The notes beneath the pieces were generated by a model. That model did not search any database, was not told the origin of the DNA, and saw only the letters and a program-made list of their open reading frames with translations. Shown piece after piece: positions 19,037 through 28,097 of a stretch of 64,000 nt of DNA. The stretch is from an uncultured Actinomycetes bacterium. Its GTDB lineage: Bacteria; Actinomycetota; UBA4738; HRBIN12. The stretch's first letter is position 1; each line of letters opens with the position of its first letter. A program made the translations under genes and the position numbers. The DNA lies in NCBI GenBank assembly GCA_963785835.1, contig CAWAWO010000004.1, positions 204,706-268,705 of the forward strand, given 5' to 3'.

Positions 19037-20818
19037 TCAGGCCCGCGCCTCGGGGAGGCAGGGGAGCCGAGCGAAGCTCGTCGACGGCAGCGCCGCAGCG
19101 AAGACCGGATCGTTCTCGTGGCCCGGCTCCAACGTGACCTGGGTGTCCAGGTACGAGGTCTTGAACACGTCCTTCTGGGTGAGGGTGAGGAACCACTTGG
19201 AGACCTGGCGCAGGGTGAACCCGTTCTCCTCGAGCTCGGCGACGTTGAGCCACAACTGCGTCGGCCGCATCCGCTGCACGAGCGACACGCCGTCCTCGTC
19301 GGCGTCGAACGTCGCCCGCAAGCTCCGCTGGGTCTTGCTGGTGTCGATCAGGAAGGCGCCCGAGACCTCGGGGTCTCGCTGCGCTCCGTGGTCGGCGGTC
19401 AGCACCATGATCCAACGCCCCTCCCCGACACGCTCGTTCAGGAAGGAGACGAGCTGGTCGAGGGCCTCGTCCTGGGTCAGCACTCCGTCGGACATCTCGA
19501 TCGAGTCGGTGCTGAACAGGTGACCGATCATGTCGATCGCCTTGAAGTTCAGGTACAGGAGGTCGGTCACGTCGTCGGTGCCGAATCCCTCTCGTTCGAT
19601 CACTTCCTCGACCAGCGTCTGCTGGAACGTCGTCCGCGCGGGCGTGAAGAACCCGTCCTCCAGCTGCGCGATGTCGTTGTCCCGCCAGAGTCCGTCGAGG
19701 GCGCCGTCGGCCCGATCCAGGTCCTCCGCGTAGACGGACAGCGGTGGCAGGTCGTTCACGTAGTCGGGCAGCACGTAGAACGGAGCCATCGACGACGTCA
19801 GGTTCCACCTCACGGTCTCGGCGCCGCCGGTCTCGGCGCTCTCGAGCTCCCTCGTGATCGCGAGGTCGGCATCGCCGCCGCCCCACATCGAGCCGTGACT
19901 CATCATCATGAGGTGGGACGCGAGCGTCGCGACCGCGCCCACCTTCGGCTCGTTCCCCATCGCGAGGTCGTAGAGGTCGCCGAGCGTCGGCTCGAGCAGG
20001 AACGCCGGACCGTTCTCGTTCGGCTTCCTCAGCTCCGTGCCCATCCGGATGAACTCGTCGATGAACCCATGGCTGCTCGGGAACGCGCCGGTCCCGATCG
20101 TCGCGTGCGCGGGTGGGGTGTTCGACGGCGACGAGCCGGTGGTCGCGTTCGTGAACCAGGCGCCCTGCGGGAGCAACGAACGCAGGAAGGGCCACTGATC
20201 GGGCCATCGCTCCAGCACCTGCGAGCCAGCGGAGTCCCAGACGAACGTGATCACCAATGCCGGCAGTCCCCGTTCGGCCTCGGGCAGCAACGCCTGCCGC
20301 TGCGCCGAGCCGTCGGGCGCCTCGAACGGGAACTTCAACAGCGCCGCCGTCGTCGGGGCGATGTCGGCGAGGGTCACGGGCTTGTGGTACACGCCGGGCT
20401 TCACGTAGCCCGGGCCGTGGATGAACAGGGGAACGTCCTGCGTGACGTCGAACGGCGACGCGTGCGAGAGGCCTGCGCTCACGAAGTTCGGCTCGACCGG
20501 GATGATCTGGACGTCACCGCTGCGATGGCCGTGGATCCCTCGGGCCACCCGCAGGAGCGCCTCTCGCGAGACCTGGTCGCACGCGATCCTGGCGAGCTCG
20601 GCGTCGGTCGCGCCTCCGACCGGAACCGACGGTTGGCCGGCGACCGACGGTTCCGACGACGGCGAGGCCGTCACCGAGGGGTCCTCGCCTCCGCCCGTAG
20701 CTCCGCCGGTCGCTCGGTCGGTATCTCCGCCGGTGCACGCGGCTGCCAGCAATGACAGCGCCATCGAGGCGGCAAGGAGGGGGTTCGGACGCAGACGCAC
20801 GCGGGCGAGGCTCTTCAC
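19037..20818 (-). CDS. alkaline-phosphatase-superfamily (nucleotide pyrophosphatase/phosphodiesterase-type) lipoprotein
   Basis: GTG 20818 gives the signal VKSLARVRLRPNPLLAASMALSLLAAAC. Catalytic-type motifs are present: VWDSAG, TTGSSPSNTPPAHATIGTGAFPSSHGF, IDMIGH, LTADHG. Confidence 0.8.
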   Translation of the reverse strand: MKSLARVRLRPNPLLAASMALSLLAAACTGGDTDRATGGATGGGEDPSVTASPSSEPSVAGQPSVPVGGATDAELARIACDQVSREALLRVARGIHGHRSGDVQIIPVEPNFVSAGLSHASPFDVTQDVPLFIHGPGYVKPGVYHKPVTLADIAPTTAALLKFPFEAPDGSAQRQALLPEAERGLPALVITFVWDSAGSQVLERWPDQWPFLRSLLPQGAWFTNATTGSSPSNTPPAHATIGTGAFPSSHGFIDEFIRMGTELRKPNENGPAFLLEPTLGDLYDLAMGNEPKVGAVATLASHLMMMSHGSMWGGGDADLAITRELESAETGGAETVRWNLTSSMAPFYVLPDYVNDLPPLSVYAEDLDRADGALDGLWRDNDIAQLEDGFFTPARTTFQQTLVEEVIEREGFGTDDVTDLLYLNFKAIDMIGHLFSTDSIEMSDGVLTQDEALDQLVSFLNERVGEGRWIMVLTADHGAQRDPEVSGAFLIDTSKTQRSLRATFDADEDGVSLVQRMRPTQLWLNVAELEENGFTLRQVSKWFLTLTQKDVFKTSYLDTQVTLEPGHENDPVFAAALPSTSFARLPCLPEARA

Positions 20819-20889
20819 AGGTCGGTAACTCAACACCACGGCCAGCGGGATGACAACCATCGCGGGCGCACGCGGTAGCGTTGAGCTCT

Positions 20890-22213
20890 GTGACCGGCAA
20901 GCGGCTCGTCGCGTTGCTCGTCGGCCTCTCGGCGATCGGGATCCCGGCGGCCGCGCTCTCCATCGCGTGCGCGGGCAATGCGTGTGCGAGCGCGGAGGAG
21001 GAGACGATCCGGATCCCGTTCTGCCCCTTGCCGGGTCCCCTGCGCGGAACCATCGAGCGAGGCTACCGGGAGGGCCGATCGCCCGACGTGCTCGGCGTGG
21101 CGAACGGAACGCCCGTATACACGGAGGTCTCCGGCCTTCGCGCGCCGTGGCCCGCCGTCGACACGTTCACCGATACGCGGGTTCCGATCGTGTTCTGGGG
21201 AGCCGGGGTCACGCAGGGCGCGACGCTGCCCGACGGGGTCGCCCTCGACGCGATCGCCCCGACGGTGAGCGACATCCTCGGGTTCGAGCGCGAGCACCCC
21301 GAGGTTCGCTCCGGGACTCCCGATCGAAGGCGTATCGGACGCGGGAACCGAACCCCGACTGGTCCTGCTCGTCGCGTGGAAGGGCGTCGGTTCGGCGGAG
21401 CTGGAGGGACGCCAACGAGCGTGGCCGTTCCTCTCGTCGCTGCTGGGTGAGGGAGCGGGAACGCTGCAGGCGGACACCGGCTCGGTGCCGCTCGATCCGG
21501 CCGCGACGCTGACGACGATCGGGACCGGCGGACTTCCCGCGCAGCACGGGATCACGGGCTCGTTCGTTCGCAACGACCAGGCGGGCGTCGTGCCGGCGTT
21601 CGGCGAGGGCTCGCCCGTCCACGTCATCGCGACCCTCGCGGACGACCTCGACCACGCGGATCCGTCGACGCTCGTCGGTCTCGTCGCAACGGATGACCCT
21701 GACCGAGGGATCGTCGGCGGTGGCTGGTATCCGGACGGTGATCCCGTCGACGCCGTGATCGGCACGAGCGCCGTATCCCCCCTCGCCGTCGAGGTGCACC
21801 TCTCCACCGGGTACGGCGACGACGAGGTCCCCGATGTCCTCGGCGTGGTCCTGGAGGGACCGGTGCGTTCCCTGGACCGTTGGACGCGACGGATCGTCAC
21901 CGATGCCGAGCGCGCGACGGCCGGCTCGACCCTCGTCGTCGTCGCGGGGACCGGATCGTGGGAGGCGAGTCGGCGGGCGATCCCGGACGGCGAACTCATC
22001 GAGACCGTGGAGGAGGCGGTCCCCGGCGAGGCCGAGGCCGTGGAGGCCACGGTTCCCGGTGGGCTGTTCCTCGATCAGGACGTGCTTCGCGAGGAGCAGG
22101 TCACGGGTCTCGTCGCGGTCGAGGCGATGCGATCGGCAACCGCGCCGAACGGTGAGAGCATCCTGGCCGACGCCTTCCAGGGCTTCGCCGTCTCGTTCTC
22201 GAGGTACTGCTAG
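20890..22213 (+). pseudogene. alkaline-phosphatase-superfamily paralog lacking the catalytic motifs; one frame break
   Basis: Signal/lipobox VTGKRLVALLVGLSAIGIPAAALSIAC. It aligns by eye with the 19037..20818 product, but VWDSAG becomes AWKGVG, SPSNT becomes VPLDP, IDMIGH becomes LEGPVR and ADHG becomes AGTG. The frame switches at about 21319-21323 (..EVRSGTP|IEGVSDAGTEPRLVLLVAWKG..). Confidence 0.7.
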
Positions 22214-23212
22214 ATGGCCGAGCTGACTCGAGCACCGCGCGCAGCTCAGCGCTCGACGGTGGTGGGGCTGCTCCTGTTGTTGACGGCGCTCGCGCTCGTC
22301 GTGCGGCTCGGCGATCCGGGTCGGATCGCGTGGGTGCGCACGTTCTTCGTCATCTTCGGCTCGCTGCTCATACAGGCACTGCCGTTCGTCATGATCGGCG
22401 CGCTCGCCGCGGCGCTCGTCGAGGTCTTCGTGCCGATCCGCGCGCTCGAACGGGTCGGGCGGCTCCCCCGGCCGTTGCAGCTCCCGGCCGCCGCGCTCGC
22501 CGGCATCCTGTTCCCGATCTGCGAATGCGGTTCGGTCCCCGTCGCCCGCCGGCTGATGCTGCGGGGGCTCATGCCGTCGGCCGCGGTCACGTTCATGCTC
22601 GCGGCTCCGGTGCTGAACCCGGTCGTGATCGCATCCACCTTCGTCGCGTTTCGCGGCCGAAGCACGCTCTGGACGATGGTCGCCGGACGGTTCCTGCTCG
22701 GCATGCTGGTGGCCATCGCCGTCGGGTGGGTGATCGGCGGCCGGACGAAGGACGAGCTGCTCAAGCCCAACCCCGATGAACGAGCCGAGCTCGAGCTCGA
22801 ACGTCCCGAAGCTCGCTGGCGCCGGTTCTTCGTCCACCTCGGCAACGACTTCCTGTTCATGGGCCGGTACCTGTTGCTCGGCGCCACGATGGCCGCGGCG
22901 ATCCAGACGTTCCTGCCGGCATCGGTGCTGACCGGGCTCGCCGACCTGTCGGTCGTGAGCGTGGTCGCGTTGATGGGCCTCGCCGTGCTCATGTCGTTGT
23001 GTTCGGAGTCCGACGCCTTCGTCGCGGCGTCGTTCGTCCAGTTCGGACCGTCGGCACAGCTCGGGTTCCTCGTCCTGGGACCGATGGTGGACATGAAGCT
23101 CCTCGCCGTGTACGCGGGGACGTTCCGGCGAGGATTCACGCGCACCGTGGTGGTTGCGGCGTCGGCGGCCACGTTCGTCGGCGCGCTGTGGATCGGGGTG
23201 GCGTTCGGATGA
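22214..23212 (+). CDS. permease (COG0701-type, large subunit of a two-component permease)
   Basis: 332 aa, polytopic, with LFPICECGSVPVARRL. ATG directly follows the TAG of the upstream gene. Confidence 0.85.
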   Translation: MAELTRAPRAAQRSTVVGLLLLLTALALVVRLGDPGRIAWVRTFFVIFGSLLIQALPFVMIGALAAALVEVFVPIRALERVGRLPRPLQLPAAALAGILFPICECGSVPVARRLMLRGLMPSAAVTFMLAAPVLNPVVIASTFVAFRGRSTLWTMVAGRFLLGMLVAIAVGWVIGGRTKDELLKPNPDERAELELERPEARWRRFFVHLGNDFLFMGRYLLLGATMAAAIQTFLPASVLTGLADLSVVSVVALMGLAVLMSLCSESDAFVAASFVQFGPSAQLGFLVLGPMVDMKLLAVYAGTFRRGFTRTVVVAASAATFVGALWIGVAFG

Positions 23213-23958
23213 GCGACGCCGTCGCCGTCGCGCCCGCCCGCGCGGAACGCTCTCCGAAGCGCTGGAGCCAGGCGCGCGTGGCCGGCGCGCTCGTCCTCTC
23301 GGCGTGGGCGGGCTTGTTCTGGTTCCTGTGGCTCTCCGGTCGGGACGCCCTTTACCTGTCGAGCCGGACCGACTGGATCGTTCCGGTCGCGGCGGTCTTG
23401 CTCGCCGCGGCCACCGTCGGACGGCTGGCGTCCGCCCGTGTCAGCACGCCCGAGCCGCTCTCGGTGCGGGAACTCTGGATCACGGGGCTGATGGTCGTGC
23501 CGGTCGTGCTGATCCTCGCGGCGCCGCCCACGACGCTCGGAACGTTCTCGGCCGGCAAACGCGCGGGGTTCGCCGGTACGGGGTTCGCGACGTCCGCGAG
23601 CGACATCGGAAGCGGGGACCTCACGCTCGTCGACGTCGTGGCCGGACAAACCACGCCCGAGGGCGAGCGGGCGCTCGCGGCGCGAGCCGGCGAGTCGGTC
23701 CGTTTCATCGGCTTCGTCTCCCGGCGCGAGGACACGCCTGCAGACGAGTTCCTCCTCACGCGCTACGTGGTTTCGTGCTGCGCGGCCGACGCGACGGTCG
23801 CGCAGGTGCGGGTCGTGAACGTCACGCCCGGCGAGTTCGGGAGCGACGACTGGATCGAGGTAACGGGCACGATGTATCCACTCGGACGCGAGGTGATCGT
23901 GGACGCGACCGACATCCACGAGGTCGAGCGCCCCGACCGCCCGTACCTCACCGCCTAA
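23209..23958 (+). CDS. TIGR03943/DUF1980-family membrane protein (small subunit of the two-component permease)
   Basis: ATGA start/stop overlap with the permease. Two N-terminal TMs and the C-terminal LTRYVVSCCAADA motif. Confidence 0.8.
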   Translation: MSDAVAVAPARAERSPKRWSQARVAGALVLSAWAGLFWFLWLSGRDALYLSSRTDWIVPVAAVLLAAATVGRLASARVSTPEPLSVRELWITGLMVVPVVLILAAPPTTLGTFSAGKRAGFAGTGFATSASDIGSGDLTLVDVVAGQTTPEGERALAARAGESVRFIGFVSRREDTPADEFLLTRYVVSCCAADATVAQVRVVNVTPGEFGSDDWIEVTGTMYPLGREVIVDATDIHEVERPDRPYLTA

Positions 23959-25835
23959 AGTTCCGCTGGGCCGGTCGCCGCCCTGCTCCCCGCGCCCGCC
24001 CGGCGCCGTACAGCCAGACCCGCCGCTCCGCCCATCACGGCGGTCACCGCGAAGACCGCGAAGCCTCCCACACCGCCCAGAGGAACATCGACGCGGCTCG
24101 CGACGAGTCCTCCGAGCGCGAGGAAGCAAAGTCCGAACGCCGGGGCGATCGACACGACGCCCATGACGGGCAGGGTTGTGAGCGCCGTCGCCCACCCCGC
24201 GCCGGCGAGAGCCAGGGCGCCGAGCGACACGATCGTCAGGGTCGCCAACGCCAGCGCGGAAGGGGCGCTCGGGGCCCGGCCGACCTCGATGGGTCCAGGT
24301 GCCGGTCCGGACAGCAGCGTGACCCCGGGGCCGAGCGCGACACCCGCGTCCGGAGCCCCCTGGCCGTTCAGGGCGTCCACGAAGACCACGGCGGCCGGCT
24401 CGGGCGGGTCCGGCAGACCGTCGGCCAGGCGGGCCCGCTCGAACACGATCCGCCGGTACAGGTCGGGAGACAGACCGGCTCGCACGAGGGCGACGGGCTC
24501 GCGGCGCCCCTCGAGGCCGAGGGGGAGCACCAACGACACGTCGCTCGGTAGCCCGGCGGCGTAGCTCCGCACCGTGGCGAGCTGGGCGAACGTGACGCCC
24601 TCGTGGATCGGTTCGATGGCCGACCAGGCGCGAGCGCCGGAGACGGCGAGCGCGATCGTGGCCGCGGTGCCGATCAGGAGCGCAACGACGCGACCCGCCA
24701 TCCCCGGCCACCAGCGACGGAGTCCCAAGGCGCCGAGGACGATCAGGATGGGCACGGCGAGCGCGAAGCCGGCGAAGCGGTGCGGTGGCGTCGGCAGCCC
24801 GATCGCGTACCAGCCGATGACACCTCCGAGCGCGAGAGCGGCCCACGGACCGAGCAGCGCCGTGGACCACCGCCGTTGGGGTGCGTCACGCCGAAGCGCG
24901 AGGACCGCCCACCCGAGCGCGGCGGCCGGCAGGGTGATCGGCAGGGCCATCTGGGGAAGGCGGGCATCCGACTTCCTTTCGACGCCCGCGTCAGGGAACC
25001 CCGGCGTCGCACCGGGCCGCACCGGCGCGAGCAGGAAGACCACGACGGAGAGCGCGGCCGCGAGCCCCAACACGCCCGCGACACGCCGGGCCGCGCCGTC
25101 GGGCGGTTGCGACGGCGAGGGTCGTGCCACGCTCCGGAGCGCCAACACCGCGCAGAACACCAGGAGGACGCCGGCGAACACCAGCGCGATGGGCCAATGG
25201 AACACCGAGCCGAGCGCGAGCAGCACGCCGCCGCCGATGACGTCCCGCAGACCGGGGCGGAACGCCGTACAGATCGCGATCGTGGCCACGCCGAGCGCGG
25301 CGACGTCGAACATGAGGTTCGTCGAATACCCGATGGCGGTGAGCGCGACGAAGGCCGAACCCCCTACGCCGACGCCCACGAGGCCCGAGAGCCTCCGGCT
25401 TTCTCGCACGCCGTCCGCGGCGAGACCCCCCGCGACGACCGCGATCGCCGCCCCCAGCACGCCGGGCAGGACCCACATCATCGTGAGCGACGAAGAACCG
25501 GTGAGGCTCCGAAGGATGCTGGTCACGATCGGATGGGCGGGTCGGTCGCCGAGCGCGCTGTCCAACCCGCTCCGATCCGGATCGAGCGCCTCGACCCCCT
25601 GCTCGTAGACCAGATCGGTTCGCCACATGTAGCCGATGGTGTCGCGCCCCAAGGGGAGCTCTGCCGGGTCGCGCACGGTCGGCGCCAGGTAGATGCCGGC
25701 AACCACGGCGGCGGGCAGGAGCACGCCCAGGAGGATGTCGACGCTTCTCGACGCCACCCGGCCTCCGCTCGTCGGTCCGCGCTCCCGTTCGGGCGCGCCC
25801 TCGTCGCGTTGGATGCTCGCCGGTTTCGACGTCAC
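23955..25835 (-). CDS. uncharacterised polytopic membrane protein, GT-C-like architecture (paralog 2 of 3)
   Basis: GTG 25835 overlaps the upstream stop (GTGA) and follows GGAGGA-tcgcc. First-loop motif GRDTIGYMWRTD, then AIGYSTN and SVFHWP. A soluble region and C-terminal TMs follow. Confidence 0.75.
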   Translation of the reverse strand: MTSKPASIQRDEGAPERERGPTSGGRVASRSVDILLGVLLPAAVVAGIYLAPTVRDPAELPLGRDTIGYMWRTDLVYEQGVEALDPDRSGLDSALGDRPAHPIVTSILRSLTGSSSLTMMWVLPGVLGAAIAVVAGGLAADGVRESRRLSGLVGVGVGGSAFVALTAIGYSTNLMFDVAALGVATIAICTAFRPGLRDVIGGGVLLALGSVFHWPIALVFAGVLLVFCAVLALRSVARPSPSQPPDGAARRVAGVLGLAAALSVVVFLLAPVRPGATPGFPDAGVERKSDARLPQMALPITLPAAALGWAVLALRRDAPQRRWSTALLGPWAALALGGVIGWYAIGLPTPPHRFAGFALAVPILIVLGALGLRRWWPGMAGRVVALLIGTAATIALAVSGARAWSAIEPIHEGVTFAQLATVRSYAAGLPSDVSLVLPLGLEGRREPVALVRAGLSPDLYRRIVFERARLADGLPDPPEPAAVVFVDALNGQGAPDAGVALGPGVTLLSGPAPGPIEVGRAPSAPSALALATLTIVSLGALALAGAGWATALTTLPVMGVVSIAPAFGLCFLALGGLVASRVDVPLGGVGGFAVFAVTAVMGGAAGLAVRRRAGAGSRAATGPAEL

Positions 25836-27910
25836 GGCGATCCTCCGTGGCCGGCACGGACGGGATCGGGCGCGACGGGGCCGCTCGGGCGATCTCGCCG
25901 CGCGGCCCTGCGCCGGCGGAAGAGCAGGAAGCCGGCGACGGCCCATCCGAGCGCGGTCGCCGCGACCGGCACGGCCACGGACCGGCCGAGCGGAACGCCC
26001 GCCCGCCCGGCCAGCAGTCCGACGACGGCGAGCGCCGCCACCCCGGCCGCCGGCGCCAGCGCCGCCCGGGCGAGCGGATCCAGGCCCAGGAGCCCGAACG
26101 CCCAACCGATGCCCACGATCGCCAGCAGAAGCAGGACCCGGGCCGCGTCACCGGCGAGCTCGCCGAAGCTCGGCGTCGCGAGCGGCGTCGCGGCGCGCGG
26201 CCCTGATGGCTCGGGGCCCGCGAGGACGACGACGCCCTCCGTGACCACGCCGTCCGGGTTCGCGTTCGCAAGCGCCTGGGTCCCCTTCGTGAACGGGGCG
26301 ACGGCGAGCACGACGGGCTGCCGCCCCTCGAGGATCGGCTCCAGAGCAGCGAAGTAGCGGCGCGACACGGCGTCGAAGGCCGGATCACCGCGGAGCGTGG
26401 GCTCCCCCACGAGGAGCCGCTCCGGGTCCCCGAGGTAGACGAGCACGTCCGACGTCCTGTCGGGAGGGGCGAGGGCTCGAAGGCGCCTGAACGAGGGCAC
26501 GACCCCGAACAGCGCTTCGGGACTCCGGAGGTCGACGGGCACGACGACCGGCGTCTCGGGGGGCAGCGACGCCAGGTAGGGCGCGGTGGCCGCGAGCGAG
26601 GCCGCCAGCGAAGCGTCGGAGAACGACGGCAGCGCGTGGCTCTCCCAGTCGCGTTCGGCCGTGCGGTAGGTGGCCACGAGTCCGACGGCCACCACCACGA
26701 GAGCCGCCCCCGCCCCCGCGGCGCCCAGCCACGGTGACACCCTCGCCGCCCACCGCCATGCGGTGCGGATCAGCCAGACCCCGGCAGCGGCCGCGAGCAC
26801 CCACAGCGGAAGGGCGAAGCCAACGAGCCGTTGCACCGGGATCGACAGGCCCGACTCGAACGCGATGTACGCGCCGGCGCACGCGACGAGCCACGCGGCC
26901 CACAGGGCGAGCGCTCGACGGCGACGAGGCCGGCGGGTCTCGCCGTCGTCGAGCACGAGCCCGACCGCCCCGACCGCGGCCGGAACCGCGACGATCGGGA
27001 AGCGAAGCAGCTCCAGCCAGACCTCGAGCTTCTCCGCGTATCCGCTGTGGGTCCGGGCCGTGTACACCTGGGATCCGGGCGTCAGCAGCATCGACCCGAG
27101 TCCGAGCCCCCCGCCCAGCAGCGCGGTTGCACCGACCCGGGCCGAAGGCGTCTCGGCGACTCGCGCCCCCTGGCGGACGGACCGGATCGACCCGGGGGCG
27201 AGCAGCGCGGCGAACCCCACGAGGATCGCCGCGAACAGGGCCGCGAAGAACCAGTGGATCGTGAACGAGGCGGCGAGCAGGGATGCGGCGCCCGCGATCC
27301 CCGGGCGTCCGTCGGCGGCGGCGAGCGCCACGGCCGCGGCCGCCATCAGGGTCCCGTACACGAGGAGGTTGTCCAGGTACCCGTTGGCAGCCAAGGCGAG
27401 CGGGGCGGACAGCCCGAGCGCGAGCCCGTAGACGACGAACGACCACCGCGGGTCGCCGTGGCCGGCGACGCCCACCGCGCCGGCCGAAAGGGCGGCGATC
27501 ACGGCTCCGACGGCGGGAAGCACGAAGGCCAATCGCCAGGGATCGACGCCGGTGCCCGCGTCCACGACGGCGGCGAGGACCGGCAACCCCGCACGGTCCG
27601 GGTTCGAGGTGTTGGCGTCGAACGGATAGGGAGACGAGCCGGGCAGCGCGTTCAGACCCTCGGCGATCACGACGTTCGAACGCCAGATGTAGGTCGTCGA
27701 ATCGGCCCCCACCGGGACGGTGAGCCCTTGGTCGGGGAAGACCGAGAGGTAGAGAACGGCGACGACCGCGACCACGGCGACCACCCCCAACGCGCCGAGG
27801 AGCGTGTCGACCACGCGCGCGCGTCCGGTCCACGCTCGCGGTCCGTCGTCCGGCTGCGTCGGGGGCTTCGCCGAGTCGGGAGGTGGCGGATGCCTCGGGG
27901 TCATGCCCAC
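25832..27910 (-). CDS. uncharacterised polytopic membrane protein, GT-C-like architecture (paralog 3 of 3)
   Basis: 692-aa intact ORF (start GTG 27910 or ATG 27904). First-loop motif GADSTTYIWRSN, then ANGYLDN and FTIHW. A soluble region and C-terminal TMs follow. Confidence 0.75.
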   Translation of the reverse strand: MGMTPRHPPPPDSAKPPTQPDDGPRAWTGRARVVDTLLGALGVVAVVAVVAVLYLSVFPDQGLTVPVGADSTTYIWRSNVVIAEGLNALPGSSPYPFDANTSNPDRAGLPVLAAVVDAGTGVDPWRLAFVLPAVGAVIAALSAGAVGVAGHGDPRWSFVVYGLALGLSAPLALAANGYLDNLLVYGTLMAAAAVALAAADGRPGIAGAASLLAASFTIHWFFAALFAAILVGFAALLAPGSIRSVRQGARVAETPSARVGATALLGGGLGLGSMLLTPGSQVYTARTHSGYAEKLEVWLELLRFPIVAVPAAVGAVGLVLDDGETRRPRRRRALALWAAWLVACAGAYIAFESGLSIPVQRLVGFALPLWVLAAAAGVWLIRTAWRWAARVSPWLGAAGAGAALVVVAVGLVATYRTAERDWESHALPSFSDASLAASLAATAPYLASLPPETPVVVPVDLRSPEALFGVVPSFRRLRALAPPDRTSDVLVYLGDPERLLVGEPTLRGDPAFDAVSRRYFAALEPILEGRQPVVLAVAPFTKGTQALANANPDGVVTEGVVVLAGPEPSGPRAATPLATPSFGELAGDAARVLLLLAIVGIGWAFGLLGLDPLARAALAPAAGVAALAVVGLLAGRAGVPLGRSVAVPVAATALGWAVAGFLLFRRRRAARRDRPSGPVAPDPVRAGHGGSP

Positions 27911-28097
27911 GATGACCGATGGTATGTCCGGGCGGGCCCTCTATCTATCTATCCCGCGGTTCGGCAGGGCCCGGCGGGATCGAAGCGTGGCTGACGGCGG
28001 ACGAGCACGTCCGGTCCTCAACCCCGACCGTACGGTGGCTACCCCGCGTTCGAGGCCGGTGATCCTTACGCCCCAACCTGTCGTGTAGCCTCGGCCC

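Noticed and set aside
20819-20889. PHO-box or other operator in the divergent region between the two AP-superfamily genes (imperfect inverted repeat AACTCAAC ... GTTGAGCT)
   Set aside because: The match is only 7 of 8 nt across a 45-nt spacer, and I cannot match it to a known PhoP/RegX3 consensus without the taxon-specific matrix.
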